Source: Spirochaetes bacterium ADurb.Bin218
Lineage (GTDB): Bacteria; Spirochaetota; UBA4802; UBA5550
Length of the DNA stretch: 64,000 bases
Direction of reading: 5' to 3'
Assembly (NCBI GenBank): GCA_002069965.1
Contig: MWCI01000008.1
Coordinates: 6,910-70,909 of the forward strand
The position numbers and the translations under genes are program-made. Shown here one piece after another: positions 18,108-27,962 of the stretch (position 1 is its first letter; every line of letters begins with the position of its first letter). The notes under the pieces were generated by a model that was not told the origin of the DNA, made no database searches, and worked only from the letters and a program-made list of their open reading frames with translations.

Positions 18108-19562
18108 CTATCCTCTGCAATTATCGCAATTATTGCAAACAACCTCATCAATGGCAAAATACCTGTAGATTAATTTTCTTCTACAAATTTCAGATTTTGC
18201 ATAATTCATCATTTCCACAAGCCTCTTGCGATCAAACTCCTGCTTTTTTGTTATATATTCCTGTTGCAAAATTTCATCTGGCAGTTCCCCTACTATTTTA
18301 AGATCCCTCTCCAGAGTCCCTTCTGTTACTCCATACATGTCAAATATATTGAGCACAGTCTGAAACCTGTGGTCATCACTTTTTTTATATACCAACCTTT
18401 CCTGCAATTCCTCATAGGTAAAGGAATTAACAGTCGAACCTAAGGTTTTTAGCATCTCATAGCTTTTCTTTATAAAATTTCCATCTGGATTTTTCCATCT
18501 CAAAAATTCCATCTGTATTTCAAGATCATCAGGAAGATAGACAAGAGTGCATTCAGAGGGAAGACCATCCCTACCAGCTCTCCCTATTTCTTGATAATAA
18601 GATTCAAGGGAATCTGGAATCTCCCCATGGATAATGAGCCTTATATCAGATCGATCTATTCCCATTCCAAAGGCATTTGTTGCAAGCATTAAAGGGCTTT
18701 TCATTTCCATAAAATTTTTCTGCACTGCCTTTTTCTTCTCAGGTGAAAGCTTTCCATGATAGACTGAATACTTCAATCCCTTAATATCAAGGTAGGAGGC
18801 AAACTTCTCCAGATTTTTTATAAGACTAAAATAAACTATTGCTGTCTTTTTGCAATTAACCAACTTTTTATAGATGAGGTCAAACTTCTCTGCCTCATCA
18901 AGCACCTTGCAAACAGAAAGGAATAAATTTGGTCTGCATATACCTTCATTAAATATCTTTATCTCCTGTGGAGGGATCAAAGTCTTTGCAATAATATCAT
19001 CCCGCACAAAAGGAGTTGCCGTAGCAGTTAAAGCCATTGTTACAGGATTACCAAGAAGCTCTCGAAATTCACCTATTCGTGAATAATCTGGCCTGAAATC
19101 GTTTCCCCACTGGCTCACACAATGGGCCTCATCAAGAGCAAGGAATGATATTTCCCTCCTTGTAATTACATCAAGGAAATCTTTTTTTCTAAATCGCTCA
19201 GGTGAAACATACAATAATTTATATCTCCCCAACTTGATATTGCCATATCTCCTTTCTCTCTCTGACTTAGATAAAGTAGAGTTTACAAATTCTGCATCCA
19301 CACCGATTTTTTTAAGGGAATCAACCTGATCCTTCATCAAGGCTATAAGTGGAGATATAACAACTGTAAGGCCAGAAAAAAGTAAGGCGGGTAATTGATA
19401 GCATAGAGATTTTCCCATGCCAGTTGGCATCAAAACAAGGCTATGGTTACCCCTTAGAGTATGAATAACTATGTCTTTTTGAGATCCCCTGAATTCATCG
19501 ATTTTAAAAACATTCCGCAAAACGCCATATAAATTCTCTTCTGTAAAATTAAAACTCATCAT
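18108..19562 (-). CDS. recQ: RecQ-family ATP-dependent DNA helicase, short form (ends after the Zn-binding subdomain; no WH/HRDC)
   Basis: FRGSQKDIV, PTGMGKSLCYQLPA, DEAHCVSQWGNDFRPDY, ATNAFGMGIDRSDIRLIIH, QEIGRAGRDG and a terminal CRRKLIYRYF...CNNCDNC. Confidence 0.85.
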   Translation of the reverse strand: MMSFNFTEENLYGVLRNVFKIDEFRGSQKDIVIHTLRGNHSLVLMPTGMGKSLCYQLPALLFSGLTVVISPLIALMKDQVDSLKKIGVDAEFVNSTLSKSERERRYGNIKLGRYKLLYVSPERFRKKDFLDVITRREISFLALDEAHCVSQWGNDFRPDYSRIGEFRELLGNPVTMALTATATPFVRDDIIAKTLIPPQEIKIFNEGICRPNLFLSVCKVLDEAEKFDLIYKKLVNCKKTAIVYFSLIKNLEKFASYLDIKGLKYSVYHGKLSPEKKKAVQKNFMEMKSPLMLATNAFGMGIDRSDIRLIIHGEIPDSLESYYQEIGRAGRDGLPSECTLVYLPDDLEIQMEFLRWKNPDGNFIKKSYEMLKTLGSTVNSFTYEELQERLVYKKSDDHRFQTVLNIFDMYGVTEGTLERDLKIVGELPDEILQQEYITKKQEFDRKRLVEMMNYAKSEICRRKLIYRYFAIDEVVCNNCDNCRG

Positions 19563-19634
19563 TTCACCTCAAAAAAACAATTACAGTAAGTAAAAGAGGC
19601 AAGTCAATGGTTATTCCAAAAATTTTTAAAGTAA

Positions 19635-19650
19635 TTTGATCCAGATCAAA
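19635..19650 (+). promoter_or_regulatory. CRP/FNR-family (HcpR/FNR-type) binding site upstream of hcp
   Basis: Perfect palindrome TTTGATCCAGATCAAA, i.e. TTGAT-N4-ATCAA. It is centred about 71 nt upstream of the hcp ATG, with AT-rich -10 candidates about 30 nt downstream. Confidence 0.6.
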
Positions 19651-19713
19651 GACTTCCCCATGAAAATAATATATATTTTAGAAAAATAATTAAACTATTT
19701 TAAGGAGAAAACC

Positions 19714-21345
19714 ATGAGCATGTTTTGCTTTCAATGTCAGGAAACAGCAAAAAATCAAGGGTGCACTGTTAGAGGTGTATGTGGTAAAGAAGAAGAAACT
19801 GCAAAATTGCAGGATCTCTTAGTTTTTAACCTCAAAGGCATATCTTTTCTTGCTGAAGAAAAAATCAACAAGGGAGAGGATATCTCTGCCTTAGGAAGAT
19901 TTATCTGTGATTGTCTATTTGCCACAATCACCAATGCAAATTTTGACAACACAAGAATTATTGAATTAAACAAAGAAGCTGTAAAGATCAAGAAAGAACT
20001 TATTGAAGACATTAAATTAACAAATGCTCCTCTTGCAGCTACCTGGATAGAATCAAATGATACACTATTCCTTGAAACAGCAAGCAAGGTTGGAGTTCTC
20101 TCCACAGAAGATGAGGATGTCAGATCCTTGAGAGAGCTTTTAATCTATGGACTTAAAGGTGTTGCAGCATATGCTCATCATGCCTTTGTTCTCAATTATG
20201 AAGATAAGGATATATACGAATTTGCCATCCATGGCCTTGCATCAACTCTTAAAAATCTCTCTGTTGATGAGATGATTGGCCTTGTCCTTAAATGTGGTGA
20301 AATTGCTGTAAAGACAATGGCTCTTCTTGATAAGGCCAATACAGAGACCTATGGCAATCCAGAAATTACAAAGGTTAATATTGGCACAAGAAACAACCCT
20401 GGCATATTAATCTCTGGCCATGACCTAAAAGATATGGAAGAGCTTCTCAAGCAAACAGAAGGCACTGGTGTTGATGTCTATACACACAGTGAGATGCTTC
20501 CTGCAAATTATTACCCTGCCTTTAAAAAATATTCTCACTTTGCAGGAAATTATGGAAATGCATGGTGGAAACAAAATGAAGAATTTGAAAAATTCAACGG
20601 CCCAATTCTCATGACCACAAACTGCATTATCCCTGTAAAAGATAGCTACAAAGATAGGATATTCACAACTGGAATGGCAGGTTACCCTGGAGTAAAACAT
20701 ATTCCAGACAGAGGTAATGGCAAAGCTAAGGATTTTTCAGAGATTATTGAACTTGCAAAAAAATGTCCTCCACCTGTGGAAATAGAAAATGGCGAGATTG
20801 TTGGTGGATTTGCTCATGCTCAGGTTTTTGCTCTTGCAGATAAGGTTGTTGAGGCTGTTAAATCAGGAGCAATCAAGCGATTTGTTGTAATGGCTGGATG
20901 CGATGGCCGTATGAAATCAAGAGAATACTTTACAGATGTTGCAAAACAGCTTCCTGAAGGGACAGTGATACTTACAGCTGGATGTGCAAAATACAGATAT
21001 AATAAACTCAATCTTGGAGATATTGGAGGAATTCCACGAGTGCTTGATGCTGGTCAGTGCAATGATTCCTATTCCCTGGCACTTATTGCGCTGAAGCTAA
21101 AAGAAATTTTTGGACTTGATGATGTTAACAAGCTCCCATTATCCTTTGATATTGCATGGTATGAGCAAAAGGCTGTTGCAGTTCTGTTGGCTCTGCTTTA
21201 TCTTGGATTCAAGACAATAAGGCTTGGACCAACTCTTCCAGCATTTCTTTCGCCAAATGTAGTAAAGGTGCTTGTTGAAAATTTTAACATTATGCCAACA
21301 ACTGACCCTGCAAGCGACATAGGGGCAATGATGGCAGGTAAATAA
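19714..21345 (+). CDS. hcp: Hybrid-cluster protein / hydroxylamine reductase
   Basis: N-terminal MFCFQCQET...[10 protein letters not shown] cysteine motif. Length 543 aa, with conserved GCDGR and CNDSYS regions. Confidence 0.95.
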   Translation: MSMFCFQCQETAKNQGCTVRGVCGKEEETAKLQDLLVFNLKGISFLAEEKINKGEDISALGRFICDCLFATITNANFDNTRIIELNKEAVKIKKELIEDIKLTNAPLAATWIESNDTLFLETASKVGVLSTEDEDVRSLRELLIYGLKGVAAYAHHAFVLNYEDKDIYEFAIHGLASTLKNLSVDEMIGLVLKCGEIAVKTMALLDKANTETYGNPEITKVNIGTRNNPGILISGHDLKDMEELLKQTEGTGVDVYTHSEMLPANYYPAFKKYSHFAGNYGNAWWKQNEEFEKFNGPILMTTNCIIPVKDSYKDRIFTTGMAGYPGVKHIPDRGNGKAKDFSEIIELAKKCPPPVEIENGEIVGGFAHAQVFALADKVVEAVKSGAIKRFVVMAGCDGRMKSREYFTDVAKQLPEGTVILTAGCAKYRYNKLNLGDIGGIPRVLDAGQCNDSYSLALIALKLKEIFGLDDVNKLPLSFDIAWYEQKAVAVLLALLYLGFKTIRLGPTLPAFLSPNVVKVLVENFNIMPTTDPASDIGAMMAGK

Positions 21346-21367
21346 ACTTTAGTCTATTAAATTTCTC

Positions 21368-21399
21368 AAAAAGCCCTACTCCCTTAGGGTGGGCTTTTT
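21368..21399 (+). terminator. Rho-independent terminator after hcp
   Basis: AAAAAGCCC (21368-21376) pairs with GGGCTTTTT (21391-21399), with an inner CCC/GGG pair, and runs into a T-tract. Confidence 0.75.
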
Positions 21400-21517
21400 G
21401 AGAAAAAATTTCATTTAATCCCTTCTTATATCTTGACATAAAAATAATCCTCCCTTTTTATAAAGATTTTTAACAATATAACTACTAAAAATTTATCATC
21501 AGGCAAAGGGGAATATA

Positions 21518-22735
21518 ATGATTCGCATAAATGAAAATTATCTAAAGCTTAAATCCTCCTATCTGTTTTCAGAAATTGCAAAGAGAGTTTCTTCATTTCA
21601 ACAAAGCAATCCTGATTCAAAAATAATAAGAATGGGCATTGGTGATGTAACTGAACCTCTACCTCAATCAATAATAAAGGCCTTTCATCATGGAGTAGAT
21701 GAGATGGCTGACAGAGCAACTTTTAAAGGATATGGACCTGAGCAGGGATATGATTTTTTAAGGGAAAAGATTGCACACTATGATTATGCTTTCCGTGGAG
21801 CCCGGATTTCCCATGACGAAATATTTATAAGCGACGGGGCAAAGTGCGACACAGGGAATATTCAAGAGCTCTTTGCCACAGACATAACAGTTGCTATTCC
21901 CGATCCTGTTTATCCTGTATATGTTGATACAAATGTAATGGCAGGGAGAACAGGGGAGAATAAAAATGGCAGATACGAAAATCTTATATATCTTGAATGC
22001 ACAGCGGAAAATAATTTTGTCCCGGAATTGCCAAAAGAAAGAGTTGATCTTATATACCTCTGCTTCCCCAATAACCCAACAGGAGCAACAATAACAAAAG
22101 AACAACTCAAAAAATGGGTGGACTTTGCAAGAGAGACAAAGGCAATTATATTATACGATGCAGCTTATGAGGCTTTTATAAGAGATGAGGATCTCCCTCA
22201 TTCCATTTTTGAGATAGAAGGAGCGCGCGAGGTTGCCATAGAATTCAGAAGCTACTCAAAGACCGCAGGGTTTACAGGAACAAGATGTGCCTTTACTGTA
22301 ATACCCAGGGAATGCATGGCCTATGACAGCAATGGGAACAAGCACTCTCTCCATGCTATGTGGAACAGAAGACACACTACAAAATTCAATGGAGTATCCT
22401 ATCCAGTTCAGAAAGCTGCAGAGGCTATTTATTCACCTGAAGGCCAAAGAGAGGTTAAAGCCATAATTGACCATTATCTTGATAATGCAAAAATAATAAG
22501 AGAAAAAATGACCTCCTACGGATATAATTGCACAGGTGGTGAAAACTCTCCTTATATATGGGTAGATGTTAAAATGGATTCCTGGAAATTTTTTGACATG
22601 TTACTTAATAAATGTCAGGTAGTATGCACACCTGGGGAAGGCTTCGGCAAATGCGGAGAGGGATTTATCAGAATAAGTGCCTTTAACTCCAGAGAAAACG
22701 TCATAAATGCCATGGAAAGAATTGCAAAGCTGTAA
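21518..22735 (+). CDS. dapL: LL-diaminopimelate aminotransferase
   Basis: [24 protein letters not shown] start, PLP-lysine region [16 protein letters not shown] and NPTGA. These are typical of DapL-type class I aminotransferases. Confidence 0.88.
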   Translation: MIRINENYLKLKSSYLFSEIAKRVSSFQQSNPDSKIIRMGIGDVTEPLPQSIIKAFHHGVDEMADRATFKGYGPEQGYDFLREKIAHYDYAFRGARISHDEIFISDGAKCDTGNIQELFATDITVAIPDPVYPVYVDTNVMAGRTGENKNGRYENLIYLECTAENNFVPELPKERVDLIYLCFPNNPTGATITKEQLKKWVDFARETKAIILYDAAYEAFIRDEDLPHSIFEIEGAREVAIEFRSYSKTAGFTGTRCAFTVIPRECMAYDSNGNKHSLHAMWNRRHTTKFNGVSYPVQKAAEAIYSPEGQREVKAIIDHYLDNAKIIREKMTSYGYNCTGGENSPYIWVDVKMDSWKFFDMLLNKCQVVCTPGEGFGKCGEGFIRISAFNSRENVINAMERIAKL

Positions 22736-22743
22736 GGTGATAT

Positions 22744-23601
22744 ATGAAAGATGAATCTTTGAAAAAAATTCTTCAATATCAAAAAAATGAAATAACAGAA
22801 CATATTCTCTATGGTGCCCTTGCCAAAAGGGCGACACCAGAGAATCAAAAGGTGCTAAAAAAGATATCTGAAGATGAATTGCGCCACTACAACTTTTTTA
22901 AAAAGATAACTGGTAGAGATGTTTCTCCCTCCTGGTTTAAAATATATTTTTATAGATTTGTTTCAAGGATCTTTGGTTTTACCTTTACAATAAAAATGAT
23001 GGACAATGGTGAATTACAGGCTGAGCATAATTATGAAGAATTTGAAGATAAAATTCCTGGAATAAAAAAGATCATTTCTGATGAAGTAAAACACGAAAGG
23101 GTGCTGATGGAACAAATTGAAGAAGATGTTCTCAAGCACATGGGCTCCATGGTCCTTGCAATAAACAACTCAATACAGGAAATAACTGGAATTGTTGTTG
23201 GACTCACCTTTGCCATAGCCAATGCTCTCATGATTGGAAAGACCGCACTTATTAGTGGACTTGCTGCAACATTGGCAATGGTAGCATCAGAATATCTGTC
23301 ACAAAAAGCAGAAAGCGGTCAGGACTCCTATGCTGCAAAAGCCGCTCTTTACACAGGGATTGTCTATATTGCAGTGGTAATCTTTCTTGTATCGCCATTT
23401 TTTATATTTTCCAATCATTACGTTGCACTTTTATCTGCAATAATTGCTGTTGTAATCATACTATCTGCCTTTACATTCTTTATGTCTGTGGTAAAAGGCC
23501 TAAATTATAGAAAAGCTCTTGCCGAGGTATCTATTATAACAGCAATTGTAGTTTCGCTCTCATTTATGATTGGAATTGGAATGAAATTAATCTTTGGATA
23601 A
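22744..23601 (+). CDS. Erythrin/ferritin-like domain fused to a VIT1/CCC1-family iron transporter (MbfA-like)
   Basis: The N-terminal four-helix-bundle-like region has paired E-x-x-H motifs (EITEHILY, DELRHYNF, DEVKHERV). The C-terminal half has 4-5 TM helices resembling VIT1. Confidence 0.7.
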   Translation: MKDESLKKILQYQKNEITEHILYGALAKRATPENQKVLKKISEDELRHYNFFKKITGRDVSPSWFKIYFYRFVSRIFGFTFTIKMMDNGELQAEHNYEEFEDKIPGIKKIISDEVKHERVLMEQIEEDVLKHMGSMVLAINNSIQEITGIVVGLTFAIANALMIGKTALISGLAATLAMVASEYLSQKAESGQDSYAAKAALYTGIVYIAVVIFLVSPFFIFSNHYVALLSAIIAVVIILSAFTFFMSVVKGLNYRKALAEVSIITAIVVSLSFMIGIGMKLIFG

Positions 23602-23610
23602 GGACGGATT

Positions 23611-24318
23611 GTGAAGCTCTATAAATTATTTTTTGCAAAGGCGTCTTTATATCTGCTACAGGTACTTGTTTTGATAAGCTCTATTTCCTGCGCAACAATG
23701 ACTGCTTCTGAATCCGAAAATAAATATGATCAGATCAAAGCTGAAAATAAAATAATAAAGCAAAATATAACCCTTCTTATAAGAGAAAACAATGTTCTTA
23801 AAGAAGAAAACAGCAAACTTAAAAACGAAAATGCCTCATTAAAGTCAGATCTCAAACTGCTTGAGGCTAAGATAGAACTTTTAAATAAAAATCACGAAAA
23901 AGAAATTGCTCTACTAAATGAGAGATATTCAACTCTTTTACTTCAGAAGGATAAATTAGAACAGGAAAGTTCATCTAAAATTTCACAACTCCAGGCAGAA
24001 AATAAAGCCCTTGAGGAAAAGCTATCCAGTGAGATCTTAAGGCTTTCCTTAGAAATAAAAAATAAAGAAGAAAGTTTTGCTTTGGAGAAATCAGAGATGG
24101 AAAAAAAATATGCCGAGATGGAGATAGCTCTTCAAAAAAAGATATCTGAAGCTCAAAACTCTCTTCTTTCATCTCAAACTCAACTGGAATCTCTGAAGAC
24201 AGAAATAGTGGATTTAAAAGATAAATTGCAATCTGCTCAAAAAATAATTTCAGAGAAAGATCTTACAATTGAGGATCTTAAAAAGAAAAATCAAACACAA
24301 GAACAAAATCAAAAATAA
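23611..24318 (+). CDS. Coiled-coil lipoprotein (hypothetical)
   Basis: GTG start. Signal peptide with a lipobox-like LISSISC, then ~200 aa of heptad-rich Lys/Glu/Leu sequence. Confidence 0.55.
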   Translation: MKLYKLFFAKASLYLLQVLVLISSISCATMTASESENKYDQIKAENKIIKQNITLLIRENNVLKEENSKLKNENASLKSDLKLLEAKIELLNKNHEKEIALLNERYSTLLLQKDKLEQESSSKISQLQAENKALEEKLSSEILRLSLEIKNKEESFALEKSEMEKKYAEMEIALQKKISEAQNSLLSSQTQLESLKTEIVDLKDKLQSAQKIISEKDLTIEDLKKKNQTQEQNQK

Positions 24319-24322
24319 AATT

Positions 24323-26473
24323 ATGAGCTGCAAAAAATCTTTCCATAGTGCAAGAATTAAAGCACTGATTATACTTATAGCTATAATACACATCCTTGGC
24401 AGTAACTCTTTCCCAAAAACACAGGAACATAAAGATGAAAATTTTACTATAATAATTACAGCAAATCTTCAGGGGCTATATTCAACAGAAATTGAAGATC
24501 AGGAAAAAGAAGACACAATTATAACTTTAGCCCAATCAATAGTTTCTGAATCAAAGGAAGATCCCTTTGATCTTTATGTGGACCTTGGCAATTCTCTCTA
24601 TCCCGGGGCTCTTTCCAAATACAGCTATGGTTCTGCTATTTTTGATTTTTTTGATTTTACAAATTGTAAAGCTACAGTTCTTTCAAGTAGAGATCTAAAC
24701 ATCGGGCTTTCAAATATTGAGCTATCTTCAAATGATAGAAAAACAAAAATTCTATCTTCCAATATGTTGAGAGAGCAAAGCCCTCTCTTTATGCCATATT
24801 TTATCCATGACTTCAATGGCAAAAAAATTGCATTCATTGGGATTACATCTCAAGATAGTGTCCTTGATGATGCCAGCAAAAAAATTCTCGATGTTGATTT
24901 GCTGGATTATAATGAGGCAGTGAAGAGCTCCATTCAAAGGGCAAAGGAAGAAGGATGCAAAAATATCATTCTACTATCTTCCCTTAATCTACGCCAGAAT
25001 ACTGAACTCATAAAAAACTTCCCGGAGATAGATTTAATCTTCACTGGAAATGAACCTGGAGGGAAATTCTTCTCAGTGCCAATATCAAGGGTCGATATTG
25101 ATACAGGTGGCACAATTTTAGTATTAAACAAAAATAAGGGCTTTTATAGATTAGAACTAAATCTTACAGAAAAACCTCTTATTGAATCATTAAAATTCTA
25201 TGAGTCATCATACAAAAAAATACACAGCAATTCATACAATAACTTCATTTCAAGAATATCAATATGGAAAAGCAAATTTTCTGAAGAAGAAAATAAAATC
25301 ATAACAGAAACGTCAAAGCCTATTTCTATATCCGATGAAAATGCTGCACAGATGCTACGTCACAGATACAGAACTGAAATAGCAATAATAGAAAAAAATT
25401 CCATATTGCCAAAAATAGTTGAAGGAACAATTTACTCCAGAACCATTCTCGGTATAGTCAACAACGACTATCCAATTTTTACTTACAGGCTAAGTGGAGC
25501 TGATATAAAAAAAATTATTGAAAGTGATTCTGATTTTGTCATAAGCGGAATAAAAAACAACAAAATTCAGGGCTATGAAATATCCGATCCAAAATTCTAC
25601 TCTGTATGCTCAACTCAATTTGTATATGATAAAGTTACAAGAATTCTTCGCAAGGATATCAAATACACAAATAGATGGAATACCATTACAGAAGAAATAA
25701 CTGATGATCTCAAAAAAGATAAAAGCTTTATAAAGGAAAACTACGACTATCTTGATGAAAGGTTTCGCCTTGCCATAGATATAAATCTTTCAAATTTTTA
25801 TGATAAGTCAGAAGTCTCAATGGGAGATAAAATTTCTACCCCTCCTGGTAAACCTTCAACAACATACACACGCTGGGGGATGGAGGATACAATAAATATA
25901 AAATTCTATAATAATCACCACGAATTTCTCTTCACCCCCTATATTTACTTTATAAAGAAGGATGAACAGTACCTGCAGAACTTACTCAGAGGGACCTTTT
26001 TATATACATATAATGCAAATGATTATGTTAAGCCATACCATAAGTCTGTTGGAGAGACAGTAGTCAAAGAAGTAGACGGTAGACCAATCCTTGTGCGTGA
26101 GACTATTGGTGCTTCCCTTTTCTGGAAAACATTAAATGGCAAAATCGGTGTCGGTTTTGAAAAACAGATTCAAGAGGAGGAAGGCCCTGTAGTATATGGT
26201 TTTGAAACGATCATGGATGCAAAATTTAACATTACAAACAGTCTTGCCTATATTTTTAAATTAGATACATTTATCTCCTCTGCTCAGGACCAGAGCAATT
26301 TGCAAATGAGAACAGAAATTGCCAATAGCCTTTCTCTTCAGATCAATTCAATACTTGGCATATCCCTTAAACATAAATGGTTCAAGCTCTATTCAAGGGA
26401 GATTGAGGATTCCTATAAATACACTCAGACTCTCATCTCCCTTGATCTAAAAACAGATTTTAAATTCTTTTAA
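24323..26473 (+). CDS. Secreted protein with a degenerate 5'-nucleotidase/metallophosphatase-like N-terminal part and a beta-barrel-like C-terminal part (hypothetical)
   Basis: I moved the start to the ATG at 24323 (MSCKKSF..., followed by a hydrophobic anchor). FTIIITANLQGLYS and DLGNSLYPG occupy the positions of UshA-type metal motifs but lack the His/Asp ligands. The C-terminal ~250 aa are rich in alternating aromatics and end KTDFKFF. Confidence 0.5.
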   Translation: MSCKKSFHSARIKALIILIAIIHILGSNSFPKTQEHKDENFTIIITANLQGLYSTEIEDQEKEDTIITLAQSIVSESKEDPFDLYVDLGNSLYPGALSKYSYGSAIFDFFDFTNCKATVLSSRDLNIGLSNIELSSNDRKTKILSSNMLREQSPLFMPYFIHDFNGKKIAFIGITSQDSVLDDASKKILDVDLLDYNEAVKSSIQRAKEEGCKNIILLSSLNLRQNTELIKNFPEIDLIFTGNEPGGKFFSVPISRVDIDTGGTILVLNKNKGFYRLELNLTEKPLIESLKFYESSYKKIHSNSYNNFISRISIWKSKFSEEENKIITETSKPISISDENAAQMLRHRYRTEIAIIEKNSILPKIVEGTIYSRTILGIVNNDYPIFTYRLSGADIKKIIESDSDFVISGIKNNKIQGYEISDPKFYSVCSTQFVYDKVTRILRKDIKYTNRWNTITEEITDDLKKDKSFIKENYDYLDERFRLAIDINLSNFYDKSEVSMGDKISTPPGKPSTTYTRWGMEDTINIKFYNNHHEFLFTPYIYFIKKDEQYLQNLLRGTFLYTYNANDYVKPYHKSVGETVVKEVDGRPILVRETIGASLFWKTLNGKIGVGFEKQIQEEEGPVVYGFETIMDAKFNITNSLAYIFKLDTFISSAQDQSNLQMRTEIANSLSLQINSILGISLKHKWFKLYSREIEDSYKYTQTLISLDLKTDFKFF

Positions 26474-27894
26474 GCCTTACCTCGATCCCTTAACATAAAT
26501 CCTTTCTTCTGTAGATAGTCGTACCTTACATTGTATCCTGGCTGATATACCATAGCCATAATTGATTCCTGCCCCTCTTTTATAGATGAATACTCAGCAA
26601 AGTCAAGCGTCCTTATAATTGCCTCCAGAACTCTCAATGCGCCTGAGTGATCGCAAAGGACAACTCTTTTGCCAAGATTTCTCTTAAAGAGTTCAACAAA
26701 GGAATGGGCAATTCTCCAGTCAGCTTCAATGAGAGTCTCTCCCTCTGGAAAGTGGTAAAATCGATTTTTAAAAAGCTCTTTGGCAGCCTTCTTTTTTTCA
26801 TCATCGCTGCCCTTCATCTTTGGTCCATAAATCTCAAGCATGGTCTTATATACATCATTTTTAAATTTATGAGTTAGCGCTCCATACTTCTGAGAATTGA
26901 GTCCATAAAGGGGAGTAAAGTTTATCTTGGTAATTCCAGCCTCCTGCAAAAAGTAACGGGCTGTTTCCTCAGTATTTTCACTCTCACTTCCATAGACCTG
27001 AACATAATTATCACTATCTGTATTCCACAGTGGGTATCCGCTTTCCTTTAAGAGATCAACAATAACCTTAAAATCTCTTCCCAGTTCCTTTGCAGATTCA
27101 ACACCAGCCTCCTTGAGCTTGTTCCCAACAGAACCTGAAATTCTCTTATTATCTTTCCAGTGATCCCAGTATCCAGATCCTACAAATTCTGGATTATCTC
27201 CACCTGACTCATGAACAGACTTTCCGTGACGAATTGTTATCATCTGAGCTTGATTTATAGGCACATAGGCATTGGGGAATATAGGGATCCCCTTGCCATT
27301 TTTCAACCATATAATTCCCTCACGCATAATAAGTCCACTTCCATCATCCAGTATCCTGCCAGTTGTTCGCATCTTCCCACCTGGATTTATCTGCATGTCT
27401 TCAATAGCAAGGACAAGTTTTGTTCTGTAGCGAGTATGCCTTGCTCCAAAGGCAGGGATATTTTTGGGAACTAAAATATCGTTAAATTTAGCCAGAGAAA
27501 ATTTCTGGTGAAGCAGCCTCTTGAAACTGTCATTGTCAAGGAGCCCATTCCATGCAAGATAAAACAGATGAGGATTAGCATCCGGAACGTTGTTTTGTAT
27601 AAATTCAAATTTATATTTAATGTAATCCTCAGGAGTTACATCTCTCTCAAGGGCAAGAAGAAAGAAATATAGCTTTTTCCCTAAAATCTTCAGATTATTT
27701 AAAAAGCCCTCTGTTACATCATCAACAGATACAGATATTCTATCCTTATATACAGCCTGCAAAAATCTTATGCCATCTTTAATCTTATCTTCCCTGTAAG
27801 AATTGTGAAACTCAGCATGTTCCCTTGCCAGTCCTGTTTCCAGAATATTTTCAACAGTATTACAGTTTGAGTCTAAATTTTGAGATAAAGACAT
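26470..27894 (-). CDS. Histidine-phosphatase (PGAM-like) superfamily protein with a ~210-aa N-terminal domain of unknown function
   Basis: RHG motif (ITIRHGKSVHE), later SESENTEETA and LCDHSGALRVL (second catalytic His). The N-terminal domain has no recognised motif. Confidence 0.6.
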   Translation of the reverse strand: MSLSQNLDSNCNTVENILETGLAREHAEFHNSYREDKIKDGIRFLQAVYKDRISVSVDDVTEGFLNNLKILGKKLYFFLLALERDVTPEDYIKYKFEFIQNNVPDANPHLFYLAWNGLLDNDSFKRLLHQKFSLAKFNDILVPKNIPAFGARHTRYRTKLVLAIEDMQINPGGKMRTTGRILDDGSGLIMREGIIWLKNGKGIPIFPNAYVPINQAQMITIRHGKSVHESGGDNPEFVGSGYWDHWKDNKRISGSVGNKLKEAGVESAKELGRDFKVIVDLLKESGYPLWNTDSDNYVQVYGSESENTEETARYFLQEAGITKINFTPLYGLNSQKYGALTHKFKNDVYKTMLEIYGPKMKGSDDEKKKAAKELFKNRFYHFPEGETLIEADWRIAHSFVELFKRNLGKRVVLCDHSGALRVLEAIIRTLDFAEYSSIKEGQESIMAMVYQPGYNVRYDYLQKKGFMLRDRGKA

Positions 27895-27962
27895 AGCTAC
27901 CTCCTTCCATTAAATTATGGTAAACATAATTTAATGACAAAAAGATGTAGCGGCAAAAATTT

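Noticed and set aside
24269-24322. The track start of the 734-aa ORF (MRILKRKIKHKNKIKNKI...) overlaps the end of the coiled-coil gene.
   Set aside because: The extension is a lysine-rich read of the upstream gene's 3' end in another frame. The ATG at 24323 follows the upstream stop by 4 nt and is followed immediately by a signal-anchor sequence.
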